Of a stretch of 17,093 nt of DNA, positions 1 to 7,545 are shown one piece after another. Position 1 is the stretch's first letter. Every line of letters begins with the position of its first letter. Below the pieces are notes generated by a model, which worked only from the letters and a program-made list of their open reading frames with translations, was not told the origin of the DNA and searched no databases. The position numbers and the translations under genes are program-made. This DNA is from an uncultured delta proteobacterium. GTDB lineage: Bacteria > Desulfobacterota > BSN033 > UBA1163. The stretch spans positions 1 through 17,093 of the forward strand of contig CAVPSJ010000003.1 in assembly GCA_963708295.1 (NCBI GenBank), in the 5' to 3' direction.

Positions 1-2
1 AC

Positions 3-1112
3 CTGGTCAAACCAGGACAGACGGTTGCCCTGGTGGTCACGGACATCACACGTCAGCTTTCCGAAGAGATGATTCTTCCTCTTCTCCTCAGGGAACTGGA
101 GACAGGAGGAATCAGGAAGCAGGATATAACGGCTGTGGTGGCCACAGGGACGCATCGCCCCAATACTCCCGAGGAGTTGAAGGAGAAGTTCGGCGACGTG
201 GTAAACGAAATCCCTTTTATCAACCACGACCCTTATGATCCAGATCATTTGGTCAGATTGGGCACTTCCTCAAGTGGGATCCCTCTCGTATTGAATCGAA
301 GGGTTGCTCAGGCCAGTATTCGAATTTCCACGGGGGTCATTGAAACCCATCTCCTTGCAGGTTATAGCGGCGGGGTGAAGAGCATGGCAGTAGGAGTGGC
401 AGGTGAGGAAACCATTGCCGCCACCCATAACTACCAAATGCTTCAGCAGACTCGCCTGGGCATCGTTGAGGGAAACGCGTTCAGGGGATTTCTCACGGAG
501 GCAACGCGGGCCGTTGGTCTTGACTTTATTGTCAATGTCGTGCAGAACGGCAAAAAGGAAGTGGTGAAGATCGTCGCAGGAGATCCTGTGGAGGCTTTTC
601 ACGAAGGAGTGAGGACGGCTCGCCGTCTTTATGAAGTGGAAATTAGTCAGCCTGGCGAGATTGTGGTGAGTGGTGTAAGTTATCCGAAGAGTCGAGACCT
701 TTACCAATCGACCCGGGCGGCCAATGTGGTGGTTTTTGGTCCCCGGCCAGTGGTGACAAAGGGAGGAACGATTCTCATTCCCGCGCCCTGTGAGGACGGA
801 TGCGGCCATCCTGGCTATTGCACTATCATGAGAAGGTCCAAGGATGCAGAGGATGTGATCGCTATCTCCCGCGAAGAGGGATTCGCTGCAGGGGAGCAGA
901 AAGCCTTGATCCTGGCATGGATACTGAAGCGGGCGAGGATTGTGATCACGGACTGTTCCATTCCCGAGGACACGTTAAGGGAAATTCACCTTGAGTCGAG
1001 CCCAACCTTACAGGAGGCTCTGAATCGGGAATTGGAAAGAAGGCCAGGGGCAAGGGTGGTTCTCATCCCCGATGGGCTCTTAACCCTGCCCATCATAAAG
1101 CATAGCGCATAG
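3..1112 (+). CDS. larA: LarA-family nickel-pincer (NPN)-dependent 2-hydroxyacid racemase/epimerase, 5'-truncated by window edge
   Basis: Frame is open from base 3 (LVKPGQTVALVVTDITR). Motifs DITR, GTHR, HLLAGYSGGVK and ATHN have the spacing of L. plantarum LarA D72/R75/H108/H174/K184/H200. C-terminal LYQSTR and PCEDGCG. Substrate is not necessarily lactate. Confidence 0.9.
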   Translation: MVKPGQTVALVVTDITRQLSEEMILPLLLRELETGGIRKQDITAVVATGTHRPNTPEELKEKFGDVVNEIPFINHDPYDPDHLVRLGTSSSGIPLVLNRRVAQASIRISTGVIETHLLAGYSGGVKSMAVGVAGEETIAATHNYQMLQQTRLGIVEGNAFRGFLTEATRAVGLDFIVNVVQNGKKEVVKIVAGDPVEAFHEGVRTARRLYEVEISQPGEIVVSGVSYPKSRDLYQSTRAANVVVFGPRPVVTKGGTILIPAPCEDGCGHPGYCTIMRRSKDAEDVIAISREEGFAAGEQKALILAWILKRARIVITDCSIPEDTLREIHLESSPTLQEALNRELERRPGARVVLIPDGLLTLPIIKHSA

Positions 1113-1143
1113 AGCGAGGCGTAATAGAAATGGAGGAGAAAAA

Positions 1144-2028
1144 ATGGATTTTCAACCTAAGGGGATCATTCCCGCCATGGTTACTCCGGTCACATCCGAC
1201 GGAGAAATCAATGTGGAGGCGCTCCGGAAGCTCACAAATTATTTGATCCAAGGAGGTGTCCATGGGCTGTTTCCAGCCGGCAGCCAAGGAGAATTTTATG
1301 CCCTCACCTTTGAGGAGAAAAAACGTGTGATTGAAGTTGTTGTGGAAGAAGCTAAAGGGAGAGTCCCTGTCTATGCCGGTACAGGAGCCGTCACCACCCG
1401 GGAGGCTGTCGCTTTGACGAAGATGGCAGAGGAAGCGGGTGTGAGTGCCGTCTCCATTCTCACTCCCTTTTTCATTCGACCGAACGAAGAGGAGCTCTTC
1501 GAACACTATTCGGCAATCTCTAAGGCGACACGACTTCCCGTCCTCCTTTATAACAATCCTCAACGGACAGGCGTAAATATTTCAGCTGAATTTGTCGCGC
1601 GGGCCTCTAAGATTGAGAATATCGTCGGAATTAAAGACTCCTCTGGAGATCTAACGCTCTCTTCAGAATATATCAGGAGAACCAGTGATAAGTTTTCTGT
1701 TCTCGCAGGTCGCGATACGCTTATCTACGGAACGCTCTGTTACGGAGGGAAAGGCGCGATTGCAGCGACCGCCAATGTGGCACCTAGGGTGGTTGTTGAA
1801 ATTTATGAGGCCTTTCAGGCTGGAGACTGGAAACGATCGCTGGAGACCCAGTTCCGGTTGGCACCTCTTCGGTTAGCCTTTGATCTTGGAACTTTTCCGG
1901 TGGTGATCAAAGAAGCGCTCAATCTGCTCGGCATCGATGCCGGAGTCGGAATACCGCCCGTGGGGGGGATTACTCCCAAGGCAAAGGCAGAATTGAAAGA
2001 AATCTTGAAAAATATGGAACTACTATAG
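1144..2028 (+). CDS. DapA/NanA-family class I aldolase (DHDPS-like; possibly 2-keto-3-deoxy sugar-acid aldolase or dehydratase)
   Basis: GIIPAMVTP, GSQGEF, LYNNP (catalytic Tyr), GIKDSSG (Schiff-base Lys); GGAGGAG RBS upstream. Confidence 0.9.
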   Translation: MDFQPKGIIPAMVTPVTSDGEINVEALRKLTNYLIQGGVHGLFPAGSQGEFYALTFEEKKRVIEVVVEEAKGRVPVYAGTGAVTTREAVALTKMAEEAGVSAVSILTPFFIRPNEEELFEHYSAISKATRLPVLLYNNPQRTGVNISAEFVARASKIENIVGIKDSSGDLTLSSEYIRRTSDKFSVLAGRDTLIYGTLCYGGKGAIAATANVAPRVVVEIYEAFQAGDWKRSLETQFRLAPLRLAFDLGTFPVVIKEALNLLGIDAGVGIPPVGGITPKAKAELKEILKNMELL

Positions 2029-2035
2029 CAAAAGC

Positions 2036-2127
2036 TAAGGTTGAGGTTGAGGTTGAGGTTAAAGGTGAGCTTAGAAAAATGAAGTCCTGAATCTAAACCT
2101 TAACCTTAACCTTAACCTAAACCTAAT
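2036..2127 (+). repeat. Inverted pair of hexamer tandem arrays, (AGGTTG)n ... (AACCTW)n, forming a long hairpin
   Basis: AGGTTG x3 + AGGTTA at 2038-2061; AACCTT x3 + AACCTA x2 at 2096-2125. Confidence 0.85.
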
Positions 2128-2160
2128 CTTATTTCTGATTTATTACTTTGGGAGGTGATT

Positions 2161-2931
2161 ATGGCTTGGACAGGTTTAAGAAGGAGGGTTCTGGCAGGGG
2201 AATGTGTCTACGGGATGATGATCCGGCAGGCTAGGGATCCGGGGGCGCCAGCGATCTACGCCGCAGCAGGTTATGACTTTGCCTTCATCGATATGGAACA
2301 CGGAAACTACTCGATGGAGACTGTGGCCGATCTCATTCGAGGTGCCAAATCTGCGGGGATTGCGCCGGTTATCAGGATTCCTCATCTGGAGACTCATTTT
2401 ATTTCGAGGGTCTTCGATGCGGGAGCAGAAGGAATCATGGTGCCCATGACTTCTACAAAAGAGCAGGCAGAGGCCATCGTTCATTACAGCAAATATACTC
2501 CCCTGGGACACCGCGGATTCGGATCCCAGACCGGCCAGACGGACTACAAGCCGGTGAAGTCCGTTGAGTTTATGAAAGAGGCAAATGAGCGCACCCTTAT
2601 CATTGCCCAGATCGAGACTCAGGAAGCCGTAGAGAATATTGATGCAATCCTCGGCGTGGAGGGTATTGATGTCGGTCTCATCGGCCCGAATGATCTTTCC
2701 ATCTCCCTGGGCATCCCCGATCAGATGAATTCCGAAAAACTCCTAAAAGCCATCGACAGGGTCGTCGAGGTTGCGAAAAAGAGAAAGAAGGCAACGGGGA
2801 TTCATATTGGAAATATCGAGGCGATTAAGAAGTGGCGTTCCAAAGGAATGACTGTCCTCGCCTATTCGACGGATGTCAGTTTTCAATACAACGCCTCAAA
2901 ATCCAGCCTCGAAGAACTGAAACGGCCATAG
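2161..2931 (+). CDS. HpcH/HpaI-family class II pyruvate aldolase (GarL/RhmA-like)
   Basis: GYDFAFIDMEHG, DAGAEGIMVPM, YTPLGHRG, AQIET, IGPNDLS motifs; GGGAGGT RBS before ATG 2161. Confidence 0.9.
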   Translation: MAWTGLRRRVLAGECVYGMMIRQARDPGAPAIYAAAGYDFAFIDMEHGNYSMETVADLIRGAKSAGIAPVIRIPHLETHFISRVFDAGAEGIMVPMTSTKEQAEAIVHYSKYTPLGHRGFGSQTGQTDYKPVKSVEFMKEANERTLIIAQIETQEAVENIDAILGVEGIDVGLIGPNDLSISLGIPDQMNSEKLLKAIDRVVEVAKKRKKATGIHIGNIEAIKKWRSKGMTVLAYSTDVSFQYNASKSSLEELKRP

Positions 2932-3170
2932 CTTTGCTGTTCAAAGTTTGACGGAGGAGGTTAGAGGCAAATGAACAGATAGATGGATAGATTAAGATTG
3001 AAGCAGTGCTTTGCCCTGAACCGAGTTCGGCTCAAGGTCTCGCTTGAGAGTGAGCGCTGAAAAGTCCTTACCATTCAAAGCCGACACTTCCCATTACCAA
3101 AAACTTCTTCCTCAGTAGTTTTAGCGCGTTTCGTTTTTAATACGTATAGCACCTCGAAATCAACAGGCTT

Positions 3171-4025
3171 TCAAATTGAAAGTACTCTCACTTCTCCCAC
3201 CTCCATCACGTTTAAAATATTTTCTGTCGAACGTACGATTTCTTTTTTGAGATCCTTTTGCGATTGAATGGGAAGAAGCAAGTATTTCATTCTTAGAAAT
3301 TCACTGCTGTCCGCGAAGCGTGCAATTACCTTCTGGACTTCTGAAGGAGATGTTTCCCTTAAGTGGGTTAAAGCCCCACGGAACTCATCTTCTTTATAAC
3401 GCTCCATGATATCATATTCTCGGAATCGCATACGGGATTGGAGGGTATCGATCAGCTTTTTCTCTCCTAACAAGGCAAAGAGGGAGATGCTTCGTATTCC
3501 CTTCTGAGTTAGCTCCCGTCTCCGCTCAAATCCCAATTCAAATCTGGTTTTATAGTCCAGCTCGCTTAGCTTTTCCAGATTTCTCAAAAGGACAATCTGC
3601 TTCCCCGCAGATTGAAACCATCGAAACAGTATATGCTGACTGACCGCCACAAAATGTTCTCCTCTATCTTTTAGCTTGCTTTTTGCTTCTATCTCCTGCA
3701 ATGTATATTCGAATTTCAAGTTCAAATTCTTGGCCAAAAACGCAATTTCCGTGATCTCTCTTTCGCGGCGGGAGTCTCTGTGATAATACTGCCCGTATTT
3801 GCCTTCTAAAAGTTGCCTGGCTCCGCTGATCTTTGTGAGTTGATCCTGAATTTTCTTGTAGGTTTGGCGGGTCTCGGTAATGATATCTATTGGGACATTT
3901 CTCTCCGCGGTAATCGTCAAGCATAGCCCCTGAAATTGGTCCATGGCCTCTCTGAGGTCGATACGGGTATTCTCCATGATTCGTTCTAAGCCTGCGGCAA
4001 TTCCTTGAAAACTTCCTCGCTCCAT
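3171..4025 (-). CDS. Hypothetical protein (284 aa, helical/charged N-terminal half)
   Basis: Long ORF with GGAGGT RBS and an upstream sigma-54 promoter; no family recognised. Confidence 0.75.
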   Translation of the reverse strand: MERGSFQGIAAGLERIMENTRIDLREAMDQFQGLCLTITAERNVPIDIITETRQTYKKIQDQLTKISGARQLLEGKYGQYYHRDSRREREITEIAFLAKNLNLKFEYTLQEIEAKSKLKDRGEHFVAVSQHILFRWFQSAGKQIVLLRNLEKLSELDYKTRFELGFERRRELTQKGIRSISLFALLGEKKLIDTLQSRMRFREYDIMERYKEDEFRGALTHLRETSPSEVQKVIARFADSSEFLRMKYLLLPIQSQKDLKKEIVRSTENILNVMEVGEVRVLSI

Positions 4026-4135
4026 GGGTCACCTCCGAATAGGGCGTTTGAATCCACCTTTTCAAGCGGGCGGGCACCCCCATAATTGTTCTTGATTTGC
4101 CTTTGTCGCCCTTTCTTCTTGTTATTCTCTGAGAG

Positions 4136-4152
4136 GGCAAGGATGATGCCAG
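4136..4152 (-). promoter_or_regulatory. Sigma-54 (-24/-12) promoter for the 4025..3171 gene
   Basis: Minus strand reads CTGGCATCATCCTTGCC, i.e. GG-N10-GC in TGGCA...TTGC context. Confidence 0.75.
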
Positions 4153-4455
4153 ATATCCAAGAAATCTATAACTATTTAAAGCTTAAAGATTTTTTGTGAT
4201 TATTCCTGACTAGCAGATTCGTTGATACAACAAAAATTGTCGTTTCCCTGCGAGTCTGTTAAGAGAGCCCGAATCGCAAGCCGAAAAAATTATGTAAAAT
4301 GAGCGAAGTCTCTCTCAATGATTCTCATCCCTTAATCCTCAGCTTTGAAGGCTAACTTCTACCTACGAAGGTTCTCGCAACTTTCACTCTATGATGACGC
4401 AAATAGGCACTTTTGGTCTTTCCTCATAGTTTTATTTTCAGATATCTTCATTTGA

Positions 4456-4471
4456 AATCAATGCCTTGATT
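4456..4471. promoter_or_regulatory. IHF binding site
   Basis: AATCAATGCCTTG (4456-4468, +) and AATCAAGGCATTG (4471-4459, -) both match WATCAANNNNTTR, just upstream of the sigma-54 -24 box. Confidence 0.65.
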
Positions 4472-4484
4472 GCTAAATGTTTTC

Positions 4485-4501
4485 TTGGCATCTAAATTGC
4501 T
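4485..4501 (+). promoter_or_regulatory. Sigma-54 (-24/-12) promoter for the riboswitch-PilZ-GGDEF transcript
   Basis: TTGGCATCTAAATTGCT, GG-N10-GC; predicted TSS near 4512, upstream of the aptamer. Confidence 0.85.
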
Positions 4502-4536
4502 ATTCAATACAACAGGAACAACTAAAAACCGAAGTT

Positions 4537-4612
4537 TTTCGATAAAGCCAAACCACGAGCAATCGTGGGACGGAAAGCCACGGGTCCCCTGGGGATAGCC
4601 GGGTTGCCTAAG
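4537..4612 (+). ncRNA. Cyclic di-GMP-I (GEMM-I) riboswitch aptamer
   Basis: GCCAAA-CCACGA-GCAA-TCGTGG-GACGG-AAAGCCACGGGTCCC...GGGGATAGCCGGGTTGCC: P2 with GNRA loop, AAAGCC junction and P3 ending TAGCCGGGTTGCC. P1 is weak. Confidence 0.92.
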
Positions 4613-4627
4613 TCAGATCAAAGGGAC

Positions 4628-4673
4628 CGGATTACCGTGGCTTCATTCAAAATGGTAATCCGTTTTTTGTTTT
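4628..4673 (+). terminator. Intrinsic terminator (riboswitch expression platform)
   Basis: CGGATTACCGT (4628-4638) pairs with ATGGTAATCCG (4652-4662), followed by TTTTTTGTTTT. Confidence 0.85.
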
Positions 4674-4742
4674 CAGGGATATTCTTGATGAGTGATGATC
4701 TAAATGAAAAATCAGTTTCCATACTAGGACAAGGGGTGCAGC

Positions 4743-4979
4743 ATGTTGACTGAGATTGATCTGATGCAGTGGATAGAACATTTTGGCCGGTGGAACGTAC
4801 AAGAACTTGTAGCTCAAAGGCAAGACCTATGGGATGTGATCACTTATCTCAGAGCGGAGAGGAGCCTTGAATTGGCCAAGGGCATGGCATTTGTGACCTC
4901 GGACTCGGTTCGTTTTGAAAGGGAAGAACTTTCAAGCCTGTCGCTAAGAGGTCTGAATGATGTGCAGAAGATAGATTGA
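4743..4979 (+). CDS. Small hypothetical protein (78 aa)
   Basis: First ATG ORF after the terminator, AAGGGG RBS-like site, ends shortly before the PilZ gene. Confidence 0.5.
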   Translation: MLTEIDLMQWIEHFGRWNVQELVAQRQDLWDVITYLRAERSLELAKGMAFVTSDSVRFEREELSSLSLRGLNDVQKID

Positions 4980-5021
4980 AACACAAATCTGGTGATAGAA
5001 AGCTGGAGGAACGAGAAGACA

Positions 5022-5438
5022 ATGGAAGAATCATGGAGTAACGGAGAGAAAAGAAGATATCCTCGAATTGTTATTAATTTGCCCCTCGAATACCAGGATA
5101 CGGGTGACACCAGTTTACGCGGAGCAATGGTTGTCAATGCAGGCGAGGGAGGTTTTCTGATCGAATCCACTAGAGACATGCCTGTGGGTACGGAATTAAG
5201 CATCACTCTTCTGTTCTCAAAGGGGTTTGAATTGGCTGACTTCAAAGCGGTGACCAAGATTGTGCGGAAAGAACCTTATCGGAAGGAAAACTCTCAAGGA
5301 AGCCACTCTTGGGAGGGATACCGGTATGGGTTGGAGTTTATTCAGGTCTCAAAGGAGGATCGTTGGAAACTGAACTGGCTGCTTGGTGGGCGATTTGAAT
5401 TTGAGGAAACCTTCCTAAGTTTATTTTCTCAAGTTTAG
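5022..5438 (+). CDS. Stand-alone PilZ-domain protein (c-di-GMP receptor)
   Basis: EKRRYPR (RxxxR) and NAGEGG (variant of D/NxSxxG), C-terminal YGLEF. ATG 5022 follows GGAGG; alternative GTG start at 4992. Confidence 0.88.
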   Translation: MEESWSNGEKRRYPRIVINLPLEYQDTGDTSLRGAMVVNAGEGGFLIESTRDMPVGTELSITLLFSKGFELADFKAVTKIVRKEPYRKENSQGSHSWEGYRYGLEFIQVSKEDRWKLNWLLGGRFEFEETFLSLFSQV

Positions 5439-5452
5439 ATGGAGAGGTCGAA

Positions 5453-6217
5453 ATGAATCGATTCCTTCGTTGTATGGATTGTGGTGAAGGCTTTATGAAA
5501 ACCCCTTTTGACCAGTGCCCAGAATATGGATATGACCCTCATCATCCATCTGAGTCTGTCCAGGTTATAAAGAGGAATGATTTTGAGGAGTTCTTAACAA
5601 CTCATCGCGGACACCGGTTAGAAGATTTGGAAGTAATTGAGAATTCTTTTGTCAGTGAAAGAAACTACCTGGAACCGGTTAAAACCTCTTACCTCAAGGC
5701 AACCAACAGCAAAAATGAAAAGTTTATCATCAAGCGATTTAGAGAAACAAGTGGAGAGAAAGTGAGATATCAGGTCATCCCTGGGGACTACTTCTTGGAA
5801 TGCACTGGAGTGGGAGTTCAATCGGAAGAGATTACGAAACAGCTGAACATGGAATTCAGGACGCATCCCTTTTCCGAAAGCAAAACTTCCAGATTTCTTA
5901 GGTTGTATAGCCGCATCGTCGAGGGTATCGATGTAAAGAAATTAGAGAGAATTTCGGGAGAGTCCTCCCATCCATTAGAGGAATTTTATAAAATCGACGA
6001 CATGAGTTTATTCTACTTATTGAGAAATTGTCGAAATATCTTTAAGGGGGTGGAGTATTCCGGTATTGAGGATTTTATCTACCGTCACAAAGACGATGGG
6101 GTCCTGCTTTTGAAAGCAACATACAGAATTCAAATGATCGAGAAGCCAAAGAACAAAGAAGAAGCTGCCGCGACTGTTATTCCGGCAGAAGTTAAGAAAG
6201 GGATAAGAAAGGGATAA
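5453..6217 (+). CDS. Hypothetical protein with putative N-terminal zinc site (CxxC...HxxH)
   Basis: 254-aa ORF, GGAGAGG RBS, C7-x2-C10 and H51-x2-H54. Confidence 0.75.
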   Translation: MNRFLRCMDCGEGFMKTPFDQCPEYGYDPHHPSESVQVIKRNDFEEFLTTHRGHRLEDLEVIENSFVSERNYLEPVKTSYLKATNSKNEKFIIKRFRETSGEKVRYQVIPGDYFLECTGVGVQSEEITKQLNMEFRTHPFSESKTSRFLRLYSRIVEGIDVKKLERISGESSHPLEEFYKIDDMSLFYLLRNCRNIFKGVEYSGIEDFIYRHKDDGVLLLKATYRIQMIEKPKNKEEAAATVIPAEVKKGIRKG

Positions 6218-6252
6218 TCTTATCCCTCCATGATTGGATCCGTCTCCACTGA

Positions 6253-7251
6253 GTGACTGATGAGAATATGGAAAATCTCACGGATAGCCAAATGAAGGTT
6301 GAGAAACTCCCCGAAGAAAGCCCGGCGCAAACGGGTCGCGCCATGAACGAGCAGGAAGTCACAACCGATTCGTTCTTTGGATTAATCGTGGAATATCTGT
6401 CTAAGCTCCCTCAGTTACTTTTGATATCCATTGGATCCATCTTCGTACTTTTGGTGGGGATTCTTAACCATCTCGCTGGTCCCGAGATTTCTACTACCAT
6501 ATTCTATCTGATCCCCATCGTACTGGTTACCTGGTTTACCAGGAGATCGATTGGATTCATCTTCTCAATCCTCAGTGCTCTCACGTGGTTGATCGCCGAT
6601 CTCACATCGGGGACTACTCACCTCAATTCAGACATCCCTTATTGGAACGGCGTTGCACGGTTGGGTTCTTTTTTTATCCTCACATTCATTCTCTCGACGT
6701 TGAAAAACACCTTAAAGCAAGAAAAAGAATATTCCAGAACCGATTTTTTGACCGGCACTCGGAACCGAAGGTACTTTATCGAGCTTCTCCATATGGAGAT
6801 CAACAGAGCCCGCAGGTATGATCACCCCTTCACCGTCGTGTGCATTGACCTGGACAATTTCAAGACGGTGAATGATTGTTTCGGACACAGCACCGGAGAT
6901 ATGATCCTGCGTTCAGTCGCACGTACCCTGCAAGAAAACATCCGGGTCACAGATACGTTGGCACGGCTGGGGGGTGATGAATTTGCCATCCTGTTGCCGG
7001 AGACCGGACGGAGCGTGGCGAAAACGATCTTGCGCAAGGTTCGGAAGATCAATCTGGACATCATGCGGAGGCATGGGTGGCCTGTCACATTGAGCATCGG
7101 GGTCGTGACCTTCGCCCGTCCACCTTCCACGGTTGACGAAACGCTACAGAAAGCTGATCGACTCATGTATGCTGCAAAAAACAGCGGCAAGGACGGCATT
7201 CGATATGAAATTTTTGGAACGAAAGAACCGCCGGCAGTGGCAGCATCTTAA
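6253..7251 (+). CDS. Membrane-anchored diguanylate cyclase (GGDEF)
   Basis: About 4 hydrophobic segments, then TDFLTG, DLDNFKTVND.FGH..GD, RVTD I-site, RLGGDEF, SIG and ADRLMYAAK. True start may be ATG 6268 or 6343. Confidence 0.95.
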   Translation: MTDENMENLTDSQMKVEKLPEESPAQTGRAMNEQEVTTDSFFGLIVEYLSKLPQLLLISIGSIFVLLVGILNHLAGPEISTTIFYLIPIVLVTWFTRRSIGFIFSILSALTWLIADLTSGTTHLNSDIPYWNGVARLGSFFILTFILSTLKNTLKQEKEYSRTDFLTGTRNRRYFIELLHMEINRARRYDHPFTVVCIDLDNFKTVNDCFGHSTGDMILRSVARTLQENIRVTDTLARLGGDEFAILLPETGRSVAKTILRKVRKINLDIMRRHGWPVTLSIGVVTFARPPSTVDETLQKADRLMYAAKNSGKDGIRYEIFGTKEPPAVAAS

Positions 7252-7311
7252 CGGTCTTTTCGTTGCCGGTTAGGTTTAAGGCATAAATAGAATCGAAAGG
7301 GGTATTCGGGT

Positions 7312-7545
7312 ATGGTTGTTTATAAATTCTATTTGCGTGATCCAATAAAAGGTGACATATTTCTTGGCTCATTACCGGAGAGGAGAAAAAATCCACGAAG
7401 AATTACTGAACAATCCGCCGAAGAATCCATCATTAACTGGGGAAGGACCTATTTTGGTAAGAATGGCAAGGATAAGGATATTTTTTTCATTAAGACTATT
7501 TCGGAGGAGCGAGAAACAAAAACCGACCCCCTCTCCAGCATATAA
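7312..7545 (+). CDS. Small hypothetical protein (77 aa, LPERRKNP.RIT...S..NWG motif)
   Basis: ATG ORF with purine-rich upstream site; resembles from memory a small uncharacterised deltaproteobacterial family (not verified). Confidence 0.65.
   Translation: MVVYKFYLRDPIKGDIFLGSLPERRKNPRRITEQSAEESIINWGRTYFGKNGKDKDIFFIKTISEERETKTDPLSSI

Noticed and set aside
1144-2028. dapA (lysine biosynthesis) assignment
   Set aside because: GSQGE instead of GTTGE, no dap genes nearby, catabolic neighbours; cannot be fully excluded
2036-2127. Possible CRISPR or telomere-like repeat
   Set aside because: Hexamer units without spacers and no cas genes; internal intergenic hairpin
3664-4140. 158-aa minus-strand ORF overlapping the 284-aa gene
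   Set aside because: Its TTG start lies inside the sigma-54 -12 box; alternate frame of a better-supported gene
4565-4753. 62-aa ORF (GTG start)
   Set aside because: Lies across the riboswitch aptamer and terminator and has no RBS; the RNA structure explains the sequence
6253-7251. Hypr-type cGAMP synthase
   Set aside because: Has Asp (GH..GD), not the Hypr Ser, at the specificity position
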